From contig CM082595.2 of assembly GCA_040954595.2 (NCBI GenBank), forward strand, positions 6,810,193 to 6,874,192: a DNA stretch of 64,000 nucleotides, given 5' to 3'. The DNA is from Balanoglossus misakiensis. Taxonomy: Eukaryota > Animalia > Hemichordata. How positions within the stretch are numbered: position 1 is the first letter of the stretch; every line of letters begins with the position of its first letter. The notes beneath the pieces were generated by a model. That model saw only the letters and a program-made list of their open reading frames with translations. It searched no databases and was not told where the DNA came from. A program made the position numbers and the translations under genes. Positions 42,410 through 55,829 of the stretch are shown here, piece by piece.

Positions 42410-43616
42410 TTTTGTGAAATTTTTTTGACCCAATACAGGGGAATATCCCACAAGAACAAAACCTCTAGCCCCACTGGTTCGCCTAGAATTAGGTATGCAC
42501 ATAATTAATGAGGTAAAATGTAAGACTCCATTGGGAGTTCCATCCCTCTAAAAGCCAAGTCTGTACCTGATCTGGATGCTGAGATATAGGAAAGAAGGTC
42601 AAAGGTCACCTGAGGTCACCCAAAATTTTGTCAAAATTTTTGACCCCATACTGGTCCATTTCCCACAAGAACAAAAGCTCTAGCCCTATTGGTGAGCCTA
42701 GAATTAGGTATGCACATAATTAATGAGGTAAAGGCTGTACCTGATCTGGATGCTGAGATATAGGAAAGTAGGTCAAAGGTCACCTGAGGTCACTCAACAT
42801 TTGGGCGAAAAAATTTGACCCCATACTGGTCAATGTCCCACAAGAACAAAACCTTTAGCCCTATTGGTTAGTGTGGAATTAGGTATGCACATAATTAATG
42901 AGGTAGGCAGGTGTCACAGGTGACCCCCAATTTTGTCTTTTCAATTTTAGTCACAACCCTCCAAACGCCAAGTCTGTACCTGCTGTGGATGCCGAGATAT
43001 ATGAAAGTAGGTCAAAGGTCACCTGAGGTCACCCAAAATTTGGGCAAATTTTTTTGATCCCATACTGGTCCATGTCCCACAAGAACAAAACCTCTAGCCA
43101 TATTGGTTAGCCTGGAATTAGGTATGCACATAATTAATGAGTTAAGCAGGTGTTACAGGTGAGCCCAAAATTTTGCCTTTTATTGTGGTCCCATTCTGCT
43201 CATGGGCCAATAGAGAGTCACTGTACAGGACCATTGCACAGTCGACGTGGACATAGCGTCAAAGCTTAACAATAGAAAGTAAAGGCCTATGGCTGGGTCC
43301 AAAAATATGAAAAATAAAAACGTCTTCTTCTCAAAATAGACTTGGCCCACGGCCTTGACATTTGGCATGAAGGACACTGACCACATGGTCCGCAAAAATT
43401 GCTAAAAGAATTTTGATATCTCCATTCATATGCAAATTAGGCCCATTTGAAAACTTTCCCCATATATGGTCATCAGGTCACATGACTTATTAAACATTCA
43501 CAAATGTACTGCACCAGTTCCCATAGGCCTGCACCACTGTGCCAAATTTGAGATTTGTAGGTTCAGCCGTTTTCAAGATCTACCTGTGCAAAAAAACTAC
43601 ACAAGAAAAAAAAAAA

Positions 43617-45019
43617 AAATATAGCTGCAAGCAGCGATGACGGGCACAAGCTTAAGCCGAAGGTCAAAGGTCATATGTGGTCACCCAAAATTTGGGCAAA
43701 AAGTTTTGACCCCCATACTAGTCCAGGTCCAACAGAAACCTAACCTCTAGCCCTATTGGTTTGTCTGAAATTAGATATGCACATAATTAATGATGTAATG
43801 TGTAAGACTCCATTAATAGTTCGATCCATCCAAACACAAATGCTGTACCTGTTCTGGATGCCAAGATATAGCAAAGTAGGTCAAAGGTCACCTGAGGTCA
43901 CCCAAAATTTGGGCATAATTTTTGACCCCATACTGATCCATGCCCCACAAGAACAAAACCTCTAGCCCTATTGGTTAGCCCTGAATTAGGCATGCACATA
44001 ATTAATGAGATATGCAGGTGTCACTGGTGACCCCAAATTTTGGCTTTTCAATTTTAGTCCCAACCCTCCAAACGCCAAGTCTTTGCCTGCTCTGGTTGCT
44101 AAGATATGGTAAATTAGGTCAAAGGTCACCTGAGGTCATGCAAAATTTGGGCAAGAAATTTTGAGCCTATACTGGTCCATGTTCAACAAAAATCAAACCT
44201 CTAACCCTATTGGTTAGCCTGGAATTAGGTATGCACATAATTAATGAGATAAGCAGGTGTCACAGGTGACCCCCAATTTTGGCTTTTCAATTATAGTCCC
44301 AACCCTCCAAACGCCAAGTCTGTACCTGCTATTGATGCGGAGATATAGGAAAGTAGGTCAAAGGTCACCTGAGGTCACCCAGAATTTGGGCAAATTTTTT
44401 TAACCCCATACTGGTCCATGACCAAAAAGAACGAAACCTCTAGCCCTATTAGTTAGCCCGGAATTAGGTATGCACACAATTAATGACTTTAGCAGGTGTT
44501 ACAGGTGAGCCCGAAATTTTGCCTTTTAATTTGGTCCCATTCTGCTCACGGGCCAGTAGGCAGTCACTGTACAGGCCAATTGCACAGACGTGGACATAGC
44601 GTCATAGCTTAACTATAGAAAGTATAGGCCTATGGCTGGGTCCACAAATATGACAAATAATATTTAATAATCTTCTTCTCAAAATAGACTTGGCCCACGG
44701 CCTTGATATTTGGCATGTAGGACACTGATCACATGGTCCACAAAAGTTGCTAAAAGAATTTTGATATCTCCATTCATATGCAAATTAGGCCCATTTGAAA
44801 ACTTTGCCCATATATGGTCATCAGGTCACATGACTAATTAAACATTCACAGGGATACTGCACCAGCTCTCATAGGCCTGCATCACTGTGCCAAGTTTGAG
44901 ATTTGTAGGTTCAGCCGTTTTCAAGATCCTATTGGGCAAAAAAACTACACAAGAAAAAGAAGAGGATGAAAAACCCCAGTAATACCAATAGGGCACAAGC
45001 CTGCTTGGCTTGTGCCCTA
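43617..45019 (-). mobile_element. Complete family-A HINE-like element (~1.4 kb)
   Basis: Left end (+) atatagctgcaagcagcgatgacGGGCACAAGC; right end hairpin TAGGGCACAAGCC-tgctt-GGCTTGTGCCCTA at 44989-45019. Other complete A copies at 50931-52567 and 55829-57206. Confidence 0.85.
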
Positions 45020-48000
45020 AATATAGCTGCAAGCAGCGATGACGGGCACAAGCTTAAGCCGAAGGTCAAAGGTCATATGTGGTCACCCAAAATTTGGACA
45101 AAAAATTTTGACCCCATACTAGTCCAGGTCCAACAAAAACCAGACCTCTAGCCCTATTGGTTCGCCTAGATTTAGATATGCACATAATTAATGAGGTAAA
45201 GTATAAGGCTCCATTAGGAGTTCCATGCCTCCAAATGCCAAGGCTGTATCTGCATGGGTTGCCGAGATACGGTAAAGTAGGTCAAAGGTCACCTGAGGTC
45301 ACCCTAAATTGGGCAAGAAATTTTAACCCCATACTGGTCCATGTTCAACAAAAATCAAACCTCTAGCCCTATTGGCTAGCCTGGAATTAGGTATGCACAT
45401 AATTAATGAGATAAGCAGGTGTCACAGGTGACCCCCAATTTTGTCTTTTCAATTTTAGTCACAAACCTCCAAACGCCAAGTCTGTACCTGCTGTGGATGC
45501 CGAGATATAGGAAAGTAGGTCATAGGTCACCTGAGGTCACCCAAAATTTAAGCAAAAATTTTTGCTCCCATACTGGTCCATGTCCCACAAGAACAAAACC
45601 TCTAGCCCTAATAGTTAGCCCTGAATTAGGTATGCACATAATTAATGAGTTAAGCAGGTGTTACAGGTGAGCCCAAAATTTTGTCTTTTATTTTGGTCCC
45701 ATTCAGCTCACGGGCCACTAGACTGTCACTGTACAGGACAATTGCACAGACGTGGACATAGCGTCATAGCTTAACTATAGAAAGTATAGGCCTATGGCTG
45801 GGTCCACAAATATGACAAATAATATTTAATAATCTTCTTCTCACAATAGACTTGGCCCACGGCCTTGATATTTGGCATGTAGGACACTGACCACATGTTC
45901 CGCAAAAATTGCTAAAAGAATTTTGATATCTCCATTCATATGCAAATTAGGCCCATTTGAAAACTTTGCCCATATATGGTCATCAGGTCACATGACTTAT
46001 TAAACATTCACGAGGGTACTGCACCAGCTCTCATAGGCCTGCATCACTGTGCCAAGTTTGAGATTTGTAGGTTCAGCCGTTTTCAAGATCCTATTGGGCA
46101 AAAAAACTACACAAGAAAAAGAAGAGGATGAAATATAGCTGCAAGCAGCGATGACGGGCACAAGCTTAAGCCGAAGGTCAAAGGTCATATGTGGTCACCC
46201 AAAATTTGGGCAAAATTTTTTGACCTCATACTAGTCCAGGTCCAACAAAAACCAGACCTCTAGCCCTATTGGTTCACCTAGAATTAGATATGCACATAAT
46301 TAATGAGGTAAAGTATAAAGCTCCATTAGGAGTTTCATGCCTCCAAATGCCAAGGCTGTATCTGCATGGGTTGCCGAGATACGGTAAAGTAGGTCAAAGG
46401 TCACCTGAGGTCACCCAAAATTGGGCAAGAAATTTTAACCCCATACTGGTCCATGTTCAACAAAAATCAAACCTCTAGCCCTATTGGTTAGCCTGGAATT
46501 AGGTATGCACATAATTAATGAGATAAGCAGGTGTCACAGGTGACCCCCAATTTTGTCTTTTAAATTTTAGTCACAACACTCCAAACGCCAAGTCTGTACC
46601 TGCTGTGGATGCCGAGATATAGGAAAGTAGGTCAAAGGTCACCTGAGGTCACCCAAAATTTGGGCAAAAATTTTTGATCCCATACTGGTCCATGTCCCAC
46701 AAGAACAAAACCTCTAGCCGTATTAGTTAGCCCGGGATTAGGTATGCACATAATTAATGAGTTAAGCAGGTGTTACAGGTGAGCCCAAAATTTTGCCTTT
46801 TATTGTGGTTCCATTCTGCTCACGGGCCACTAGACTGTCACTGTACAGGACAATTGCACAGACGTGGACATAGCGTCATAGCTTAACTATAGAAAGTATA
46901 GGCCTATGGCTGGGTCCACAAATATGACAAATAATATTTAATAATCTTCTTCTCAAAATAGACTTGGCCCACGGCCTTGACATTTGGCATGTAGGACACT
47001 GACCACATGGTCCGCAAAAATTGCTAAAAGAATTTTGATATCTCCATTCATATGAAAATTAGGCCAATTTGAAAACTTTGCCCATATATGGTCATCAGGT
47101 CACATGACTTATTAAACATTCACAATTACAAAACAGGTATGCACATAATTAATGAGTTAAGCAGGTGTTACAGGTGAGCCCAAAATTTTGCCTTTTATTG
47201 TGGTTCCATTCTGCTCACGGGCCAATAGAGAGTCACTGTACAGGACCATTGCACAGCCGACGTGGACATAGCATCATAGCTTAACAATAGAAAGTATAGG
47301 CCTATGGCTGGGTCATAAAATATGAAAAATGAAAACGTCTTCTTCTCAAAATAGACTTGGCCCACGGCCTTGACATTTGGCATGTAGGACACTGACCACA
47401 TGGTCTGCAAAAATCGCTAAAAGAATTTTGATATCTCCCTCATATGCAAATTAGGCCCATTTGAAAACTTTGCCCATATATGGTCATCAGGTCACATGAC
47501 TAATTAAACATTCACAGGGATACTGCACCAGCTCTCATAGACCTGCACCATTGTGCCAAGTTTGAGATTTGTAGGTTCAGCCGTTTTCAAGATCTACCTG
47601 AGCAAAAAAACTACACAAGAAAAAAAAAAAATTAAAGCTGCAAGCAGCGTTGAAGGGGCCCAAGCATAGAGTTAATAACCATTAGACTCCATTCAGGGTT
47701 GTACCATTCAAATGCGTAGGCTGTATTTGCTCTGGATGTGGAGATATGCGGAAGTAGGCAACCACCCGAAATGGATGTCTTACAAGTACAAACACAACAA
47801 CCAAAGGTGAACTTCTACGTTGTAAGTACTTCAGTTACTTCAAAGGTCAGCTGAGGGTACCCAAAAATTGGGCCAAAAATTAGGATTCTTATTTGGTTCA
47901 TATTCAAGACAACGGAAAAACCTTGCTGTTTGGGTTTGTCAAATTAGAGATGGCCATAATAATGAGTTACACAAGTAAGTTACAGGTGGCCCCAGGAATT

Positions 48001-51000
48001 TAGCATTTCATGACGCAGAGGGTCCTACCCTACACCTCCAAACACGTGGCTATATATGATGTGCATGCTAACATATGGAAAGCAGGTCAATGGACACCTG
48101 AGGTCACCCAAAAATTTGACACAACATTTTCATTCCTGTTTATGTCATGTGCAACAAATCCTACATTTGCAGCCCTTTCACTTTGCCTACCATTAGGTAT
48201 GCACGTAATACATGAATCAATGAGGTGTCGCAGGTATCCCCCTGTATTTGGCATTTCATGATAGTTTAGCTCCGAATACCAAAGCTGCACTTGTACAACG
48301 GGCTGAGATATGGCACTGTACGACAGGGGTCACCCAAATCAACTTATACATTTGGGCAAAAACAAACTGACACTTACATTCGTCCTTTTGGAACAAAAAC
48401 CACACCTATTGCCCTGTTGGTTAGTGTCCAATTAAATGTACAAAATCAATGACTTAGGCAGGTGCAACAGGTGACCCCGCCTTTGGTATATCTTTATGGT
48501 CCCATCCGTATATGCCCCCCCCCCCCCAAGCCAAAGCTGCAATCATCTACTGTGGATGCTCACTAAGCAAAAGTAGGAGAAATGTCACATAAGGTCGCCC
48601 ACAACTTGACAGGAAAATCGGACTTCATATTGATCCATGTGCAACAAATACCACGCTAGCATCCCTTTCATTGACCCCACAATTACGCATGCACATAATT
48701 GAGTTACGCAGGTGTCACAGGTGACCCCCGAATCAGGCGTATTATTTTGGTCCCATACAGCTGCATGTAGCTGCGTGCCATTTCGGGGGACCTGATAACC
48801 CCCACGGCCACCTGCGGGCCAACCCCCATACTGAACGTTCAGTTGCAACGTCACGACTGAAGTAGGAACTGTTGAACGGCAAAGAAGCCTGATCTCTGAT
48901 TATTGCTGGTACCATACTCCCTTCGTGCAAGAAAATCATTGGTCTGCTGACGTATTTCGGCCACATTAGCGACTGAGGGTCAAAGTCCGCTGCCGCATTA
49001 CATTGAATGTTAACCAGTGTAGCTGGGTCTGGATAGAAACATTTGAACGGCAACAGCTAACAGACTCAGCGTAATTCAATAAAACGCCCTAACACAGCCT
49101 GAACTCCGATAATGTGTTATCCCAAAATTCATTCCGTGGAAAATAATCACTGGTCTGTTTACGTATTTCAGCCGATTTTCCAAGGACTACTGCAACCCGC
49201 CAGAAGTGAGTAGCCTGCTAATGAGATCTCCACATCATTACGTAATGACGGTCAAAATCCGATGCCCCAGTGTTCGACCTCAGCCCACCAAAAATGCGAA
49301 AAATATTACAAAAATCTTCTTCTCAAAATCGACGTGGCCTAGGACCTTGAAATTTGGCACAGGGGATTTTGGCCACATGGTCTACAAAAATCGCGAAAAG
49401 AATGTACATTCCCCCATTAACGTGCAATTAGGTCAATTTGAAAATTTCGCTCGATTATAGCCACCAAGTCACGTGACTAATTAAAAATTCAAAGGGCAGG
49501 TGCACAAGTACTCATGGGCCCCAATCACCGTGCCAAACTTCATAGGCGCAGCTGCAGGAATTTCAGAGAAAAACGGGAGCAAAAAAATGACTCAAGAAGA
49601 AAGAAGAAATATAGCTGCAAGCAGCGATGACGGGCACAAGCTTAAGCCGAAGGTCAAAGGTTATATGTGGTCACCCAAAAATTGGGCAAAAAGTTTTGAC
49701 CCCCATACTAGTCCAGGTCCAACAGAAACCAGACCTCTAGCCCTATTGGTTTGTCTGAAATTAGATATGCGCATAATTAATGATGTAAAGTGTAAGACTC
49801 TATCAATAGTTCGATTCATCCAAACACAAATGCTGTACCTGTTCTGGATGCCGAGATATAGGAAAGTAGGTCAACGGTCACCTGAGGCCATCCGAAAGTT
49901 TAGCAAAAAATTTTGATCCCATACCAGTCCAGGTCCAACAAAAATCAGGCCTCTAACCCTATCGGTTCGCCTAGAATTAGATATGCACATAATTAATGGG
50001 GTAAAGTATAAGGCTTCATTAGGAGTTCCATGCCTCCAAATGCCAAGGCTGTATCTGCGCTGGTTGCCGAGATATGGTAAAGTAGGTCAAAGGTCACCTG
50101 AGGTCACCCAAAATTGGGCAAGAAATTTTAACCCTATACTGGTCCATGTTCAACAAAAATCAAACCTCTAGCCCTATTGGCTAGCCTGGAATTAGGTATG
50201 CACATAATTAATGAGATAAGCAGGTGTCACAGGTGACCCCTAATTTTGTCTTTTCAATTTTAGTCACAACCCTCCAAACGCCAAGTCAGTACCTGCTGTG
50301 GATGCCGAGATATAGGAAAGTAGGTCAAAGGTCACCTGAGGTCACCCAAAATTTGGGCAAAAATTTTTGATGCCATACTGATCCATGTCCCACAAGAACA
50401 AAACCTCTAGCCTTATTAGTTATCCTGGAATTAGGTATGCACATAATTAATGAGTTAAGCAGGTGTTACAGGTGAGCCCAAAATTTTGCCTTTTATTGTG
50501 GTCCCATTCTGCTCACGGGCCAATAGAGAGTCACTGTACAGGACCATTGCACAGCCGACGTGGACATAGCATCATAGCTTAACAATAGAAAGTATAGGCC
50601 TATGGCTGGGTCATAAAATATGAAAAATGAAAACGTCTTCTTCTCAAAATAGACTTGGCCCACGGCCTTGACATTTGGCATGTAGGACACTGACCACATG
50701 GTCTGCAAAAATCGCTAAAAGAATTTTGATATCTCCATTCATATGCAAATTAGGCCCATTTGAAAACTTTGCCCATATATGGTCATCAGGTCACATGACT
50801 AATTAAACATTCACAGGGATACTGCACCAGCTCTCATAGACCTGCACCATTGTGCCAAGTTTGAGATTTGTAGGTTCAGCCGTTTTCAAGATCTACCTGA
50901 GCAAAAAAACTACACAAGAAGAAAAAGATGAATATAGCTGCAAGCAGCGATGACGGGCACAAGCTTAAGCCGTAGGTCAATGGTCATATGTGGTCACCCA

Positions 51001-53768
51001 AAATTTGGGCAAAATTTTTGACCCCATACTAGTCCAGGTCCAACAGAAACCTGACCTCTAGCCCTATTGGTTTGTCTGAAATTAGATATGCACATAATTA
51101 ATGATGTAAAGTGTAATACTCCATTAATAGTTCAATCCATCCAAACACAAATGCTGTACCTGTTCTCGATGCCGAGATATGGCAAAGTAGGTCAAATGTC
51201 ACCTGAGGTCACCCAAAATTTGGGCAAAATTTTTGACCCCATACTGATCCATGTCCCACAAGAACAAAACCTCTAGCCCTATTGGTTAGCCTGGAATTAG
51301 GTATGCACATAATTAATGAGATATGCAGGTGTCACAGGTGACCCCCAATTTTGGCTTTTCAATTTTAGTCCCAACCCTCCAAACGCCAAGTCTGTGCCTG
51401 CTCTGGTTGCCAAGATATGGTAAATTAGGTCAAAGGTCACCTGAGGTCATGCAAAATTTGGGCAAGAAATTTTGACCCTATACTGGTCCATGTTCAACAA
51501 AAATCAAACCTCTAACCCCATTGGTTAGCGTGGAATTAGGTATGCACATAATTAATGAGATAAGCAGGTGTCACAGGTGACCTTCAATTTTGTCTTTTCA
51601 ATTTTAGTCACAACCCTCCAAACGCCAAGTCTGTGCCTGCTCTGGTTGCCAAGATATGGTAAATTAGGTCAAAGGTCACCTGAGGTCATGCAAAATTTGG
51701 GCAAGAAATTTTGACCCTATACTGGTCCATGTTCAACAAAAATCAAACCTCTAACCCCATTGGTTAGCGTGGAATTAGGTATGCACATAATTAATGAGAT
51801 AAGCAGGTGTCACAGGTGACCTTCAATTTTGTCTTTTCAATTTTAGTCACAACCCTCCAAACGCCAAGTCTGTACCTGCTGTGGATGCCGAGATATAGGA
51901 AAGTAGGTCAAAGGTCACCTGAGGTCACCTAAAATTTGGGCAAAAATTTTTGATCCCATACTGGTCCATGTCCCACAAGAACAAAACCTCTAGCCCTATT
52001 AGTTAGCCTGGAATTAGGTATGCACATATTTAATGAGTTAAGCAGGTGTTACAGGTGAGCCCAAAATTTTGCCTTTTATTGTGGTCCCATTCTGCTCACG
52101 GGCCAATAGAGAGTCACTGTACAGGACCATTGCACAGCCAACGTGGACATAGCGTGATAGCTTAACTATAGAAAGTATAGGCCTATGGCTGGGTCCAAAA
52201 ATATGAAAAATAAAAAATCTTCTTCTCAAAATAGACTTGGCCCACGGCCTTGACATTTGGCATGTAGGACACTGACCACATGGTCTGCAAAAATCGCTAA
52301 AAGAATTTTGATATCTCCATTCATATGCAAATTAGGCCCATTTGAAAACTTTGCCCATATATGGTCATCAGGTCACATGACTTATTAAACATTCACGAGG
52401 GTACAGCACCATCTCTCATAGGCCTGCACCACTGTGCCAAGTTTGAGATTTGTAGGTTCAGCCGTTTTCAAGATCCTGTTGGGCAAAAAAACGACACAAG
52501 AAAAAAAAAAAGAAGAAAAAACCCAGTAATACCAATAGGGCACAAGCCTGCTTGGCTTGTGCCCTAAATATAGCTGCAAGCAGCGATGACGGGCACAAGC
52601 TTAAGCTGAAGGTCAAAGGTCATATGTGGTCACCCAAAATTTGGGCAAAAAGTTTGATCCATCCAAACACAAATGCTGTACCTGTTCTGGATGCCGAGAT
52701 ATAGGAAAGTAGGTCAAAGGTCACCTGAGGTCACCCAAAATTGGGCAAGAAATTTTAATCCCATACTGGTCCATGTTCAACAAAAATCAAACCTCTAGCT
52801 CTATTGGCTAGCCTGGAATTAGGTATGCACATAATTAATGAGGTAAAGTGTAAGGCTCCATTAGGAGTTCCATCCCTCCAAATGCCAAGGCTGTATCTGC
52901 TCTGGTTGCCGAGATATGGTAAAGTAGGTCAAAGGTCACCTGAGGTCACCCAAAATTTCGGCAAGAAATTTTATCCCATACTGGTCCATGTTCAACGAAA
53001 ATCAAACCTCTAGCCCTATTGGTTAGCCTGGAATTAGGTATGCGCATAATTAATGAGATAAGCAGGTGTCACAGGTGACCCCAAATTTTGGCTGTTCAAT
53101 TATAGTCCCAACCCTCCAAACTCAAAGTCTGTACCTGCTCTGGATGACGAGATATAGGAAAGTAGGTCAAAGGTCACCTGAGGTCATGCAAAATTTGGGC
53201 AAGAAATGTTGACCCTATAATGGTCCATGTCTCACAAGCACGAAACCTCTAGCCCTATTAGTTAGCCCAGAATTAGGTATGCACATAATTAATGAGTTAA
53301 GCAGGTGTTACAGGTGAGCCCAAAATTCTGCCTTTTATTTTGGTCCCATTCTGCTCACTGCCAATAGACTGTCACTGTACAGGACCATTGCACAGATGTG
53401 GGAATAGCATCACACCTTAACTAAAGACAGTAAAGGCTGGGTACAAAAAATATGAAATATAATATTTAAAAATCTTCTTCTCAAAATTGACTTGGCCCAG
53501 GGCCTTGAAATTTGGCATGTAGGACACTGACCACATGGTCCGCGAAAATCGCTAAAAGAATTTAGATATCTCCATTAATATGCAAATTAGGCCCATTTGA
53601 AAACTTTGCCCATATATGGTCATCAGGTCACATGACTTATTAAACATTCACAAAGGTACTGCACAAGCTCCCATAGGCCTGCACCACTGTACCAAGTTTG
53701 AGATTTGTAGGTTCAGCCGTTTTCAAGATCTACCTGAGCAAAAAAACTACACAAGAAAAAAAAAAAAA

Positions 53769-55829
53769 AATTAAAGCTGCAAGCAGCGTTGAAGGGGCCC
53801 AAGCATAGAGTTAATAACCATTAGACTCCATTCAGGGTTTTACCATTCAAATGCATAGGCTGTATTTGCTCTTGATATAGAGATATGGGGAAGTAGGCAA
53901 CCACCCGAAATGCATGTCCTACAAGTACAAACACAACAACCAAAGGTGAACTTCTCCGTTGTAAGTACTTCAGTAAGTACTTCAAAGGTCAGGTGAGGGT
54001 ACCCAAAAATTGGGCCAAAATTAGGATTCTTATTTGGTTCATATTCAAGACAACGGAAAATCCTCGCCCTTTGGGTTGGTCAAATTAGATATGGCCATAA
54101 TAATGAGTTTCGCAAGTAAGTTACAGGTGGCCCCAGGAATTTAGCATTTCATGACGCAGAGGGTCCTACCCTATCCTTCCAAACACCTGGCTATATATGA
54201 TGTGCATGCTAACATATGGAAAGCAGGTCAATGGACACCTGAGGTCACCCAAATATTTGACAAAAATGTTTCATTCCTGTTTATGTCATGTGCAACTAAT
54301 CCCACATTTGCAGCCCTTTCACTTTGCCTACCATTAGGTATGCACGTAATACATGAATCAAGCAGGTGTCACAGGTATCCCCCTGTATTTGGCATTTCAT
54401 GATAGTTTCATCCCTCCAAATACCAAAGCTGCACCTGTACAACGTGCTGAGATATGGCACTGTACGACAGAGGTCATCCAAATCACATTATACATTTGGG
54501 CAAAAACCAACTGACACTTACATTCGTCCCTGTGGAACAAAAACCACACATATCGCCCTGTTGGTTAGTGTCCAATTAAATGTACAAAATCAATGACTTA
54601 GGCAGGTGCAACAGGTGACCCCGCCTTTGGTATATCATTATGGTCCCATCCGTATATCCCCCCCCACCACGCCAAAGCTGCATGCATCTGATGTTATTCA
54701 CTAAGCAAAAGTAGGTGAAATGTCACATAAGGTCGCCCACAACTTGACAGGAAAATAGGACTTCATATTGATCCATGTGCAACAAATACCACGCTAGCAT
54801 CCCTTTCATTGACCCCACAATTACGCATGCACATAATAGAGTTACGCAGGTACGGTGTCACAGGTGACCCCCGAATCGGGCGTATTATTTTGGTCCCATA
54901 CAGCTGCATGAAGCTGCGTGCCATTACGGGGGACCTGATAACCCCCACGGCCACCTGCGGGCCGAACCCAATACTGAACGTCCAGTTCTAACGTCACGAC
55001 TGAAGTAGGAACTTTTGAACGGCAACGAAGCCTGATCTCTGATGGTACTATACTCCCTATTTCGGCCAATTTCCCGAACTACTATCCACTACATGTTACT
55101 ACCATGCTAATGATGAAACCACACACAACATTAGCGACTGAGGGTCAAAGTCCGCTGCCGCAATACATGGAATGTTATCCAGTGTAGCCGGGTCTGCGTA
55201 GACACATTTGAACGGCAACAGCTAACAAACTCAGCGTAATTCAATAAAACGCCCTAACACAGCCTGAACTCCGATAATGTGTTGTCCCAAAATTCATTCC
55301 GTGGAAAATAATCACTGGTCTGTTTACGTATTTCAGCCGATTTTCCAAGGACTACTGCAACCCGCCAGAAGTGAGTAGCCTGCTAATGAGATCTCCACAA
55401 CATTACGTAATGGCGGTCAAAGTCCGATGCCTCGTGTCCGTCCTCAGCCCACCAAAAAATGCGAAAAAATATTACAAAAATCTTCTTCTCAAAATCGAGG
55501 TGGCCTAGGACCTTGAAATTTGGCACAGGGGATTTTGGCCACATGGTCTACAAAAATCGCGAAAAGAATGTGCATGCCCCCATTAACGTGCAAATTAGGT
55601 CAATTTGAAAATTTCGCTCGATTATAGCCACCAAGTCACGTGACTAATTACAAATTCAAAGGGCAGGTGCACCAGTACTCATGGGCCCCAAACATCGTGC
55701 CAAATTTCAAGGTCCTGATCCACGTCGATTTTGAGAAAAACGGGAGCAAAAAAACGACTCAAGAAGAAAGAAGAAAAACTCCAGCAATAACAGAAGGGGA
55801 CCAAGCGCCTGAGGGCGCTTGGTCCCCTA
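53769..55829 (-). mobile_element. Complete family-B HINE-like element (~2.05 kb)
   Basis: Left end attaaagctgcaagcagcgttgaaGGGGCCCAAGC; right end hairpin AGGGGACCAAGCGCC-tgag-GGCGCTTGGTCCCCT. Other B copies at 47629-49606 (no hairpin end) and 58534-60581 (complete). Confidence 0.85.
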
